A stretch of 63,690 nt of DNA, filler included, from Rhabdomonas costata (GCA_019059605.1; 44 parts of 44 records of this genome joined end to end with filler, not necessarily neighbours in it), one strand, 5' to 3'; counted from the first letter of the whole stretch, positions 39,178-51,852 are shown. The notes: a model not told the origin generated them from the sequence alone. Numbers and translations are program-made.

Positions 39178-39508
39178 GCATACGAGCGTCAGCGAGTATG
39201 CGACCTGCTACTCTTCATCTTAGGGGCCCACGAACGCAGTGAGTGGGGATAGAAGGGAGCGCAGCGACCGTCAAGCATCTTCTTCTGGAGTAGGAGGGAT
39301 GGCCGTAGCGTAGCGTAGGACATCCCGACAAGAAGACACGAGCGTAGCGAGTAGCATCATGTATACCTGTCACTACGCATCCTTTCACCCCATCAGGGGC
39401 TTACAGGATGCTCCGTCCTTGGCGAAGCCACGCAGGAATACCCAAGTGAGGGTTCAGGTTGAGTGGAGGGTACGAAGCATGCAGTCACGGAGTGGCGCAT
39501 GCGTAGTA
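39178..39508 (+). other. Cluster of GNA-loop DNA mini-hairpins
   Basis: At least seven adjacent hairpins, for example CCCAC-GA-AC-GCA-GT-GA-GTGGG, GG-GA-GC-GCA-GC-GA-CC, AC-GA-GC-GTA-GC-GA-GT and TGGC-GAA-GCCA. Confidence 0.75.
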
Positions 39509-40415
39509 TAGGGCATCGCGATAGAAGACACAACCCATGAACCCCTCAAAGCATCAAGAACCCCTCTCAGAACCCCTAGCCATTACAAATACGCGTAAAA
39601 CATGCACAGAATACAGCCATGACATCATCCTTTACACAACAGACACCCCAACCACCACCAACAGACACCCCCAAGAAACAGCAACACCATGAAGCCATGA
39701 CACATACGCTTACCGTTACACACATCAACAGAGCCATTACACAGGTACAGTGAGCATGGTTAGAAAGAGCATGGTTGGTGAGACAGAGGAACACACGAAG
39801 CATTGACACAGCGTAGCAACACAGAAGGCATCAACACGATACATGGAGACAGGGCATGGAATCGGCACAAACACAAGCAATGACACAGAGCATGAGACAG
39901 GAACCACTACAGAAGCACTCAACACTCGAAGCATGAACCCACCACCATACGTAACAACAAGCGCTAACCCTACGACCAACAACACGACCTACGACACACA
40001 CCATGACAACCATCAGCACGAACAAGGACTCGGAACAACACACAGACAACGCTAAGCCCTCAACCACCACACGCTTCGAGACACTGACAACCACCAACCA
40101 TGACGACAACACGACCTGCCAACACCATACACCTCGAGACACAGACACACCATGACCATCAACACACATCGCCTGACACCGTAACCATCAACGCATCAAC
40201 CAACACGACCAGCACTTACCCTACGACACCATCAACTCTTACCACTACGCCTCAACCAACAACGCTAAGCACAAGCACCAACAACCAACAGCACGAACAA
40301 CCAACAGCACTAACCCTAACACATCAGCCAACAACCACACTACCAACACTACGCTAAGCACAAACAACAACAGGAACACTAACACTAACCCTTCGCACCA
40401 ACAACACCTAACCCT

Positions 40416-40490
40416 ACTACACTACACTACACTACACTACACTACACTACACTACACTACACTACACTACACTACACTACACTACACTAC
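40416..40490. repeat. (ACTAC)15 microsatellite
   Basis: Perfect pentanucleotide run at the contig end. Confidence 0.95.
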
Positions 40491-40599
40491 ACCACCCACN
40501 NNNNNNNNNNNNNNNNNNNNNNNNNNNNNNNNNNNNNNNNNNNTTAATTAATTAANNNNNNNNNNNNNNNNNNNNNNNNNNNNNNNNNNNNNNNNNNNN

Positions 40600-40612
40600 T
40601 GGGTGTGTTTGG
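40600..40612 (+). other. Whole-genome-amplification primer remnant TGGGTGTGTTTGG
   Basis: The identical 13-mer occurs near three contig edges (40600-40612, 53651-53663, reverse complement at 31773-31785). It matches the 3' part of the GenomePlex-type adaptor as recalled. Confidence 0.8.
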
Positions 40613-42194
40613 GGGGTGTTTAATTTGTTACAAGGCTTTTAGGTGACCCTCTTTTCCTGACGTGTTTCCAGAACTCTGCCCCACATCTGCTTATCCCTTC
40701 ACTTTTTTGCTGTCACTCTATGGTGCACTGGAGTCTTCAGGAGAGTGAGCATTCAGATGGTCTTTCCTTCTAGCGCGATTGGCCCTTCCTCTTTGGCTTG
40801 TTTGCTTTTCCTTCTCCCGTGCCTGGTTTCCCGTCCCGTGCCGGTTGGTAGTAGGGCTCTTTGTTAGTATCTGCGTGTGCTCTGTAGTGATGTCTATGAG
40901 GGCTGGTGTGCCGCTTGGCATGCGGTGTGGTCCTCCAGGGGAGGAGCCGTCCTTTTTACGAATTTTTCATCGGTTTCACCGCTTAGCTGTTCGTTCCTCC
41001 TCCCTTGTCATCGTCCCCCTGGACGCTCAGCTGGCGGTATCTTGACAAAAGGGGGTTAGTTGTTGGGGGCCCTGTTCTCGCTGCCGTGCTGCTCGTGTGG
41101 TGGATTGCCTTTTGCGCCCTTTTCAGTTGCTTGTTTTTCCCTTTCCCGCCCCCCCCCCTCCTTTGCATTTTGGTTTTTGCTGTGCATGCCACCAGTCTCA
41201 TGGCCGCCACCTCGTGGCCAGCGCCTCAGCACCGCACGCTCGCAAAGGAGAGAACCGAACTCTAGCTGGTGTGAGGGAAACATACCGCCACTGCGGTGTG
41301 AGGGGTTGTGTGGGAGCGTACGCTGGGCTTTGCCAACACCATCTGGCATCTGCCAATGCAACGGGCTTATGGCTGAGCCCTATTTCGGTTTTTGCTAGAG
41401 AGGGGTGAAACTGTGTCTCTCCCTCTTCCTTGTCTTGTGTGTATCCCTTCCCCCAGCGCTCACTTCCACCGGAGCAGCGCGTGAGACTTTCACCGTTTTT
41501 TGCCTTTTATGGCTTGTTGCCGTGTAATGCACAATGGCAAGCACCGGAGATATGTGACGTTTCGTGCCTGTATGCCGAATGGAGGGAATTTAGCAGCTTT
41601 TGCTCAGTCATTCACCTGCTATCCCAATTGCGCGGTGTGATTTTTTCTCACGGAAATGCAATCCATATATGCAGCTCGGATGCGCTGCATGCGGCCGTTG
41701 TTGGGGCTACTCGTCGTGCAATTCCAATCGGTGGATTCCCGCCAAGACACCAACTGTACCAAACCCCTTGCCTTGGTGCCGGGGAGCATTATGCTGGATC
41801 AAGATTCGTGGTTGGAATAGCCCGGTCGCGGGTCAGCAAAAACCCGCGAGCGGGGGAGGGTTCCCGGTGAGCGCCAAAAACAACATGTGTACTCTACCAA
41901 AACGCCTACAAAAGCAAAATCCCGACCCGTCCTCTTCCACCCCCACAANNNNNNNNNNNNNNNNNNNNNNNNNNNNNNNNNNNNNNNNNNNNTTAATTAA
42001 TTAANNNNNNNNNNNNNNNNNNNNNNNNNNNNNNNNNNNNNNNNNNNNGTGTTTTCGTGCAAAAGGGAATTCCGAATGGATACCCACTGTGTCACTGCGT
42101 GCAGCCTCTGCTATTCCTTTGTTGAATACTCCTCATTTCTAACGGAAACTCAAGCGCCGCACAAGTGAGTGGACTTTTGAAGAGCACAGCAGAC

Positions 42195-42386
42195 CTGCCA
42201 CGACACAGCTGCCGTTTTGAGCCCAATAGCGGTTGCAAATCATCGTACCCCCACCCGTGAACCCAGGGGCGCACCAAAACGTGCACATGGGTACGAGCCC
42301 CACGGTCAGCCCCGGGGGGATGGCAGAGCCGCAGAACATCTTGTTGGCATTGGAGGGAAGGACGGGACTGTTGTAGCACTCGTACG
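42195..42386 (-). CDS. Exon encoding a sushi/CCP-like module
   Basis: 192-nt phase 1-1 exon: YECYNSPVLPSNANKMFC...CTFWCAPGFTGGGTMICNRYWAQNGSC, with the C..P...C..G F..G....C...W....C pattern. Confidence 0.65.
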
Positions 42387-45066
42387 CTGAGAAAAGGCAC
42401 AAGAAAGGGGTCAACGAGTTTTATTTTTGAGAGATGCATTCGCGAAAGCGTTCAGGCGCGTGCACTTTTCGAAGAGTAAAAATAAACCGAGAGAAGCTTA
42501 TGGTTAATGACTTCAAGTTGAAAAACTGGCAGCAACAAGCAACAGGACAACAACTTACAAAGGTTTGCGTCTGAGGTGAAAAGTTAAACAAAAGCAAAAA
42601 GAACCCAACCAATGCAACGCGCTCCGCTCACCCCCATTAAAAAACTAAAAGGCATGTCACCTAGGCATCATAAGCGAATATGTATTCCTGGGAAAGGGAT
42701 CCTTCCCGAAGGGTTGGACATGGACTTGCTCTCGCGCCCTTTTGACCAAGCAAAGTGCAAGCTAGCACCTACTGCTCTCTGACAACAAGCCTCATGATTC
42801 CTTCCTGTAGAACAGGGAGCTTCTGACAGGCCAATAGCAGCGTCGGTTCCCTGCACGGCTCATCCCACTCAACGTTCGCTGATTTCTTCTATCCTATGGC
42901 GGGCCTCACCCCAATGTCATATCCCTGGTCCTCCAGACACTTTACGCTTGGTGAAGAGCACTGAGTGATGAAGACCCCCCAACAGGGTCTAAGGCATACC
43001 GGCGGCCGCACGACGGAGGCCTGCCTAAACGTCAACATTCGAAGCGCGCAATGCTCAGTGAATCCGCGCAAACACGTACACACCGGGAGAGAACTTCCCG
43101 GATGAGTGTGGTTGAATAACAGCCGGTGCCGGGAGGGCAGTGGACAAAACATCCCTCGTGGAGATGTCGTCTTGAGGCCGTTGACCTGAAGTAAAAAAAA
43201 GCAAAGAAGGGGCTGTAGGGAGAGAATAGGATCAACCCGAAATGCGACTTACTGCTGTCAGCTGAGTCCGCGCAAGTTCACCAGCCATAGGATATGGTTT
43301 CGAACACCAGCCACAGCGGCGCAAGACCCAACCACCGGAAGAGCAGACTTGGGAAGCAAATAGAGGTCAAGGAAAACCACAAACATATTATAATGTACCG
43401 CGTNNNNNNNNNNNNNNNNNNNNNNNNNNNNNNNNNNNNNNNNNNNNTTAATTAATTAANNNNNNNNNNNNNNNNNNNNNNNNNNNNNNNNNNNNNNNNN
43501 NNNTTTTGTGAGGATGGGAGTCAAAACAAGCCGGTAGTGACGAAATGGTCCGCGTGTGAAATGCGGTACCAAAGGAAATCAAAAGCAGAATAAAAACGCA
43601 AAAAAGAGAAGATGTTTTATGCAGGGAAAGACAATAGCAGTGGCCACGTTGGAATGTCCTGAAAGGTCATTTGGCCAAAAGCGCATTTTGTTACGGGAGA
43701 AATTTCGGTGAAAGTACATGCCGATGGGCGCACGGGGTGAACGTTTGCCGGGGAAGATGAACTGAATGACTTTTGGATGACCTTTACACAAGCACGTTCG
43801 GCAGCGCTGGTCCACAACTTCGAGTTTTGGGGTCATTGGGTCCAGCTGCTCCAATGCCAAAGTCCTGTCTCCTGGATCTACTGTGGTTTCCTTTGATTTC
43901 ATTTAAAAACGCCACCTCGAGGACAGCTTCTGGGTGTGATCCCGGTTTCACTTCAAGTTCAAGTAAAAGCTTTGATGATTCTAAAGTCCGATGGTTAATT
44001 TGGAAAACACAGTAAAAAATTTCAGCGGTAGACTTGCATTTTTTACAAACCTAAAGCCGCCAGTGGAAAACAAGCAATACTGTACAAACGGGGGAACAAA
44101 CGCGCAATGTAACGCAAGGATGCTGGAACCAAATGCTGGTTGCGCCGCACGATTGTGAAGAACGGTTTTTTTAAAGGGAGGACGTTCGGTGTCATCCTGA
44201 TCCTTCCCTGGCGCCTATCACCGTTGGTCCCAGTGTTCCTATGGTGTCCAAGTGTTCTGAAAAATAACGCGCCGCTACATTTCTATGATGGGCCCGATTA
44301 ATAGAGAGAAACATCATCCACAATCCGTGCCAGCACGCCGCTGCCCGAGGTTTGTGACCTAACAAAGACCAATGCCACGTGTGCCACGTAACATTGAATG
44401 ACCGAAAAAGGAAATAATACTTTATCAACATTCAACATCCAATGTGGGCTTTTTTCCAATTCAAAGATGAACATCCGGCAACGTCAACCAACCTGTTTTG
44501 CCACAGCTGCTTCCACGAAGTGCTAGAAGGCATGTAATCCACTCTGGAAACTTGAGATGCACGAAAGCGCTGGGCTCGGTGAATTACACCACTGCTTTAT
44601 ACTTTTGGCTTTACCTCTTCGCTGATACAAGTCAAAGACAATGACAATACCGATTTTGCAACTGTGGAATGAAGTTTCTAACACAATTCTTCTAAGTGCT
44701 CTTATTCGATGTTGCCTCCCAGGTAAAATCAGCAAAGTGGCAGTATGCAAGGTTTTGGATCTCTTCAGACTTCCGCTCCTCTCTTCGGCGTTTCCCAAGG
44801 ACCTGAATTTTACATAACCCCATAACCTTATCGCCTTTTATTCCAACAAACCNNNNNNNNNNNNNNNNNNNNNNNNNNNNNNNNNNNNNNNNNNNNTTAA
44901 TTAATTAANNNNNNNNNNNNNNNNNNNNNNNNNNNNNNNNNNNNNNNNNNNNTTTTTGTTTGGCAAAGGAGATGGAATTGATCCACTCGCAGGCCCGCGG
45001 CTCGGATGGCAGAGGGAAAAGGAGAGGGGTGCGGAAGGGGAAGTTCTCTTGGAAGCCGCAGCGCAC

Positions 45067-45226
45067 AGGGTCTCCGGTGGTCACGTTGGACAGGCACAAC
45101 TGCCCGTATGTGGCGTTGCGGGAGGGGTTGGCAAAGAGGGGAATGCTGTACAACGTGGGGGTCACCACTCGGGTGTAAACGTTGACGTTGAGCCATCCAA
45201 ATACCATCTGCTGCCTCACCCCAGAC
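45067..45226 (-). CDS. Exon of a hypothetical protein
   Basis: Acceptor TTCTAG. SGVRQQMVFGWLNVNVYTRVVTPTLYSIPLFANPSRNATYGQLCLSNVTTGDP with GC3-rich codons. Donor uncertain. Confidence 0.45.
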
Positions 45227-45554
45227 CTAGAATAGGGTGAGCAACAGAAACGCGATGTTGAGCCTGCTTCCTCAGGTGATGCTCGAAAAGTTAACAAGAA
45301 GGGAAGCTGCACCAGTTGCGGTCATGACTTTTCAGCAGGTGGGGTGGCCAGCTCAATTGTTTTCTCACTCAACCATATAACTACATGACCGTCAACTGCA
45401 CATCGGTCAGCAAATCTTCCATGCGGGAGGGGAGCGCAGCCCAAGTGTCAAGGAGAACAAGAAAGGGCGCTGCGTGCCATTCCCGAAACGAAATAAAACG
45501 ATTTCACTTCGCCAAGCGTCGTGCCGTGCTTACACCCTCCAATGCCTTGGGGGC

Positions 45555-46301
45555 AGTCTTGGACTTCGGTACCGCTTTGACTTCCTCGGAATCGAAATCG
45601 CCCTTTTTACGGCTTTAGAGCAGCTTTCAAGAGCTGAAGGACAAAAATCCACAGAAAAAGCCCCCTTAAACCGCTCAGCCTAAAACACGTTTTTCGGCAC
45701 TCCCGACCTCAAAAGTTGGTTCAAGTTTCCGGGAGGTCGATTTTTTCACCCCATTTTGGACCCATGTGGGTGGACCCCGTTGGAGACCTCCAAAACAGTT
45801 TCGGCCATTAGAGGGCTCAAAACGCTTGAAACAACGCTCCAAGCCGTGTTCCGTGTTTTTCGAGCTCCCGACCACGAAAATGGAGGATCAGGTCATGGTT
45901 TTGGACTTCGGCATGCTCTGACTTCCTCGGAAAGCAAAATGCCCTTATTTCGGCCTTTGGGAGCAACTTTGAAGGGTTAAAAGGGGCATCTTAAGGGAAA
46001 AAAAATGCTACCAAAAACAGCTCAAAACCATCCCGTAAACGGTTCAATTCGCCGTAAAACGCGCTTTTCCAAATCCCGACCTCAAAACGTTAAGTTGGGT
46101 CGATTTGCGGGAGGTCGATTTCGTCACCCCAAACACCCCATTTTGTCCCCTGTCGGTGGACCACGATGAAGTCCTCCAAAAAGCACGAATTTCGGTGAAA
46201 AATCGGCCTGTTTTGGGTCAAAGTGCCTGAATCGAATATTCAAACCGTGTTTTTCGTGTTCCCCGACCCCAGGGGGGATAGGTCACCTTTTCTGGCTTGA
46301 A
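45555..46301 (-). repeat. Dispersed repeat family A, two diverged tandem units (about 340-375 bp)
   Basis: TTGGACTTCGG...TGACTTCCTCGGAA at 45559 and 45901, CCCGACCTCAAAA at 45702 and 46075, GGGAGGTCGATTT at 45731 and 46108. Confidence 0.75.
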
Positions 46302-47033
46302 NNNNNNNNNNNNNNNNNNNNNNNNNNNNNNNNNNNNNNNNNNNNTTAATTAATTAANNNNNNNNNNNNNNNNNNNNNNNNNNNNNNNNNNNNNNNNNNN
46401 NGTTTTGGGTGAGAAGACAAGGGAAGGCTGGAGGCCTGGTCTGCCAGGAAATCTGTGCAAGAGCGGCCCTGAGTCGGACTCTGGACGAGGCTGAGGTCTA
46501 AAGGGGACCCGCGGATGTGATGAACTGACGAGTGGATGGCAAGATGGAATTTGTCTGGTGGCGCTTCAATAATAAGCAGATAACCCTTGCTGGCTTTTCA
46601 ACCTTAGTCGGAGATGCGCGGGCAAGGGTTATTCGAATCAGAATAGAGAAGAGTTTTCGCTTAATCTTGCAAGTAACCCCAAAACAGGGGAAGGTGTAAA
46701 ACGGCTGAATGAGACGGGGTTGAGAATGGCGACGTCACAATGCTATGCAACGTCTCCGACGTCCCCACCACCACTGGATCTGCACATGACCAGAACCAGC
46801 ACTGTCGAACATAATGACTTTTATGTAGGCTTTCCAATGGGATCGACCTCTTCACGAGATCGCCAACCACAAGAGGAGAAAGGACAGAAATCCCATAGCG
46901 TGATAAAAACTACTTTCGGAAAGGCTTAAGAAGCACCACAGGAGCACAAAAAAGCATGTTATGCTATGCATGCTATGCTTCTGAACGTGAGGTGGAGATG
47001 ACAGGACAGGTTTAGTTCGTGAGGAGGGCACAC

Positions 47034-47153
47034 CCGGAGCCGCTCCATCGCTGCCAGGCAGGTGGTGTAGCGGGAGTCGTAGAAGTCCTTGATCACCTCG
47101 CGGAGCTCAGGGGTCAGCTCAAGGAAATTCTTGAATGCCGTGTTGTCCAGGAG
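47034..47153 (-). CDS. CSN1: Exon of COP9 signalosome subunit 1 (CSN1/GPS1)
   Basis: 120-nt phase 0-0 exon LLDNTAFKNFLELTPELREVIKDFYDSRYTTCLAAMERLR matches the CSN1 motif F.NFLEL.PE.RE.I.DFY.SRY..CL. Confidence 0.9.
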
Positions 47154-48260
47154 CTGCGCGTATTTTTTTTTGTTAAGAGCAATTTTTTTTGTTAAAAGCT
47201 TCGCTATTTGGTCTACTTGCTCTTTTGTTCCAGGCGTTCCATTCAGAATTTTGTCGGAACTTCTTGGGTCCGTGGCACGAACGACTGCAGATTTGGCGAA
47301 AGAGCAGCTCGAAGAGCCAATTTCCAGTAACGTACTTTGCCACCCCCCCCTCAATTTCACCCATTCACTTTTAACATTCGAAAACATGACAGTCTGATTC
47401 GCAGCAAAGATGTTTTAAACAGAGACTACTGAATTCTTCTTCTGAGTGCCACATCATATACTACTGCAACTACTGACACAAAATCGCTGTAAAGTAGCCG
47501 AAAGGAGTAGCCACGTTTGTTGCCAAATTGCAGGGACGAGAAACCGTTTGGGAACCATTCTGGCTCGCAATATCATGTCTCAATCAGATGAAAACCCGGC
47601 GGGATCAAATGCAACTGCAGCTCAGCCACGATGCACGCAAGAAAAAACGAGCATACGTACCATGAAGAGTGGCATATGCCTGCCATAATAGCGGGCTATC
47701 ATGAGACCGGGTCGTTCGGGGTTAAGCTGAAACTCAACCCCCCCCCCCCANNNNNNNNNNNNNNNNNNNNNNNNNNNNNNNNNNNNNNNNNNNNTTAATT
47801 AATTAANNNNNNNNNNNNNNNNNNNNNNNNNNNNNNNNNNNNNNNNNNNNGTAGAGCACGGCATCGAACGAGGGGGAATGGCAGTTGTTGTCTCGAGCTC
47901 CACTGGGGTGGCGGTGTGCCTGTTCTGCTTCGCAATGGCGCTGCTGCTGGGGCCGCTGTGGCTGATAGACTACTACTGCGGGCTCTCCAGTGTCCTGGCC
48001 GGGTGTGTATGAGTGTGAATGTGTCTGAAGGGGCACGGGTTTGTAGCTGAGAGGGATCGGTGCTGAAATTATAGCGTGAGCAGAAGCTACACCCGGTACA
48101 CGAGAAAAGCCCGAATGTGCCCCTTAATGCTTTGTTCCTGTGAAAAGCACAGAGTTGCAGCTGTGTTGGCTCGCCCTCAGATATTTAAAGGTGTGCATCG
48201 GACCACGATGCATGCAGTTCTGTTCTTCTCACGTTTTTTGCGGCCATGTGCGTTGCGCAG

Positions 48261-49023
48261 CTTCTCTGTGGCGCTGAAGCAGCTGATGCCGGACCACGAG
48301 CTGCACTTCTGGTTCGTGCCGGTGCGGCTGAAGCACCTGCCCTCGGTCGGGGTAGGGCTGGCCTGCCTCGCGGACTTCTTCCTGCTCTCCGCGCCGCGGG
48401 TTAGAATCGCCGACACCGCGGCGGGCGCTGGTCTCGGAGCTGTTCATTTTTCTCCTCCCCTCTTTTCATCATGGCTGTTTGCTGTGGTGAGACGGGGCAT
48501 GGCACCCGCTGGCCGAGATTCCTTGAAGATCAGTCCTCCTCAAGATCACGAAGTAGCACAGTAGCTTCCTGTGGCACTCCGAGACTTGGTGAAAGAGAAG
48601 GAAGTGTCGGGGCGGAAGCGGGTGCCGGTGTTGTGAAGCTGGACTGAAGACGAGTCGGTGAGTCGGTGGTGGTAATGTCGTGGATGTAGGTAGGGGTCCG
48701 CCAAGATGACTTTTGGAGCTTGCTCACAAATTTCCAAAGTTACACAAAGTAGAAGCGCCCATTTTGCCTTTCTGTGTGATGGGCACATAAACGCGGGTGC
48801 ATTTGGATGCTTACCGACAAGTATAAAGGCCCCGGCCCGCACCACAGCCATATGTGAGGCTCCGAACCCAATCAATGCGGGCGCACACTCGCAGAGTCTG
48901 AGGCCTCTGCACTGACCCCAGTGCCCCGGTCAGGAGGCACCGCCCTGCTGGTCATTTTTGGGGTGTACTTCGGGTGGCTGTACCTTCGGTTCTTCCAGTG
49001 CTATCTGCCGCCCGACAGCACCG
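48261..49023 (+). CDS. TMEM115: TMEM115/DUF1751 rhomboid-like membrane protein, exons 48261-48399 and about 48934-49023
   Basis: VALKQLMPDHE...VRLKHLP and GVYFGWLYLRFFQ are characteristic motifs. The two exons differ in phase, so an intervening exon or a different boundary is needed. Confidence 0.8.
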
Positions 49024-51580
49024 GTCTCACCCCCACCACCACCACCTCTGCGCTTCCCTCTACTCAATTGTGGGAACTGCCCAAGCTACTTCCCCCCAGC
49101 TCTTGTTCGGTGTTCAGGGATGTCTGCGCACAAAGGCTGGATGTCTCAAGTCAACACATCTCCTCCGCCCTGTGCTTCTCACCTCCTCCACCCACAACAN
49201 NNNNNNNNNNNNNNNNNNNNNNNNNNNNNNNNNNNNNNNNNNNTTAATTAATTAANNNNNNNNNNNNNNNNNNNNNNNNNNNNNNNNNNNNNNNNNNNNT
49301 GTTTGTTTGACCACTGACTTCATTCACAACCGGAAAGGTGGATAAAGGGGACCTACCCGACCAATAAATCTGGTTACTTGGTTATTTTCTTCCGCTGGTT
49401 GTTAATTTCCCCTACCTCTGGCGGTAAAATATCCTGGATATCACGGCCAATTGCTTGGGCGATTCATTCAAATATGGGCATTGGCAAATATCATAAGCCA
49501 TACATACGACAGACATGGCCAACATTTTTTATAGACTACCTTCAGGACCAGAAGCGGGCGGCCAACCAACAAACCACACATTTGTGAATTCAATTTGTTT
49601 GTGCCTTTTTTCTGATGTCACTTCGTTGGTACTGAATACACGAGGAATACACCGGTTTGAGACCACCACTTGCGTGCTCGCGGCCGTTGCTTGAGTCCAG
49701 GATTTGGGAACAGAAGCACCGTCCGTACCACACGTCTGGTATGAGGTTTTCACTTCGCACGCGTCTATAAAATTCGGCAGTAAACACCACCTACCTGCTT
49801 CCATCTTTGGTAAAATTCTTCCCTCGCTCACCTCTTCTTGCCTTTTTACTTTGTCCGGTTCATCCAGGCGACCTACTCCTAACACATAAAAACTGCCTTT
49901 ACATCACACCTTTTAAACACAAAATCGTTTATGTGTTTGAGTTTTGCGCCGCCTTTGGGATTCTGGTTCCTGTGCTGATGGTTCACACTGTGTCACCTGG
50001 TTGCTCATTTGCGCTTTGCGCGTTTCCTGTATTTCAATGGCGTTTTTGTGTCAACTGGTATAAATCGTCAAACATATCACACCACGTGTGGTGGAAATTG
50101 AAATGGCTATACAGGTGATGTGGGTCTTGGGCATGGGAATAATACCGGCCGCCAAAATGGCCAAATGTAACCGCCCAGCCTAGCTACTCACCCGACCACA
50201 CAACTGGTACGTGCATTCAATTGCGTTTTTTTTTGCCACGTTTCTTACGCGTTCATAAAAATTCCGGCAAATCGATCGAGGTCCCGTTGGACATTGTTCA
50301 CTCTCTTGTTGTCTTTGACAGTTATCTCTGCTTTTCTTTGCTTCCGATCGTTTTTTACTTCATCTTTCAGTGCACCAGCGTACCTGGAAAGCGGTCCATG
50401 GGCAGCCACTTTGTACAGACACAGCCCATCCAGGCCAATCGATCCGGGGAAATACCAGCCACAGACACGGCCCCCTTTTTTGCCACACACGCACACTGTG
50501 CGCCACCATATCCCTTTATAGCATGTCAATGGAGAGCGGCATAGGGTGAAACAGCCCCTCGCTAGAGCCTGGGAGTGCGGTCCATCTATTGCCCTTCTCG
50601 CATGGCTTGCTCCGCCCCACACACCACACACACACACCACACACAACCNNNNNNNNNNNNNNNNNNNNNNNNNNNNNNNNNNNNNNNNNNNNTTAATTAA
50701 TTAANNNNNNNNNNNNNNNNNNNNNNNNNNNNNNNNNNNNNNNNNNNNGGGTTTGTGGCGAGGGTGCTCCCGCTGGACCTCCAGCCCGCCCGGCTGGTGT
50801 GCCTGGGGGTGGCAGTGGGGCTGTGGCTGCCCTGCGTCGTTGCCGCGGCGATCTTGCAGCAGAACCGGTCTCCCCCGTTGCTGTGTGTGTGTGGATATGT
50901 GTATGAGTGATCCTAGCCTTTCCCGCACAACTGGGGGCCGGAAAGGCCTATGGAGTTTTGTCAGGGTGGAAATTGGACATGATTGAGCTCATGAAGGCAC
51001 GATTGCGGAGGGCTGGGGGTCCAAAAGAGTACTTGTCAGGGCACAAGTCGGAGGACCCCAAAGGTCTCCTGAACACCTGCAGTGGGATCGGTGGAAAGCG
51101 GAGTCTCCCGGTGAAAAGGTCTCTCAATACCGGGTGCAACGATTGTGTCATGCTTCTGTATGGAATGACCTGTGCACGCGTATGGTTCAGGGATAGGAGC
51201 TCGCGCTGTCGCGGACACAACGTCTTGGGCAATCTCCCGAATTCTCTCCCAAACCAGTCCAGATTCGGTAACTTTGAGCCTCAACTGAGCAAAAAGGTTG
51301 CTTTCTCTGTAATGTGGGTCTGCTGTACAGTTGCCTCTGCGCAGGGCGCTTTTCTAGAGTCAGATTATCACAAAACTGATCGACTTGTTGTGGTTCTCGT
51401 CGAAAAGACTTTGGCTTGACTTCTCCCTGCTACGCCATCTGAAGTTGTCAGCAACGCGCACCGAAAAAGGCTTTGACCATTGCCAATGCACCAGCGCTCT
51501 GTTTTCCTTCAGATGGTTCTGGTCCAGCGGGAGATCGCTGTCCTTGGTGACTGTGGTGCGGGAGATGCTCCCCTTTGCAG

Positions 51581-51852
51581 AAAACTACATCACCGGGGCT
51601 CCGGCTCCGGGTGCGGCTTCGACGCCGTCCGCAGCCACAGACTCCTCAGCCGTGACCGCCTCTGCCCCAACGGCAGGGGATGCGCCGCCGCCGCGGGGGA
51701 TTGGACGTCAGGCTGCCGGGCAGTGGCCCAGTGACTTAGTAGCCTGCGTGACAGCGTACCGGCAGTGGGCGGCACAGAGGTTCGGCCCGGACGGGGGCCT
51801 GGCTGACGACAAGCTGGCGCAGTGGCAAAGGGAGCACTGCATCAACGGAGGG
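51581..51852 (+). CDS. Exon of a hypothetical protein
   Basis: Acceptor CCCTTTGCAG. Ala/Pro-rich linker, then WPSDLVACVTAYRQWAAQRFG...WQREHCING. Confidence 0.45.

Noticed and set aside
39960..40420. Telomere (CCCTAA-like motifs)
   Set aside because: The motifs are isolated rather than tandem, and the C-rich strand points toward the 3' contig end, the wrong polarity for a telomere there.
43254..43320. tRNA-like or SINE head (GTTTCGAACACC)
   Set aside because: Only weak A/B-box similarity and no cloverleaf could be built.
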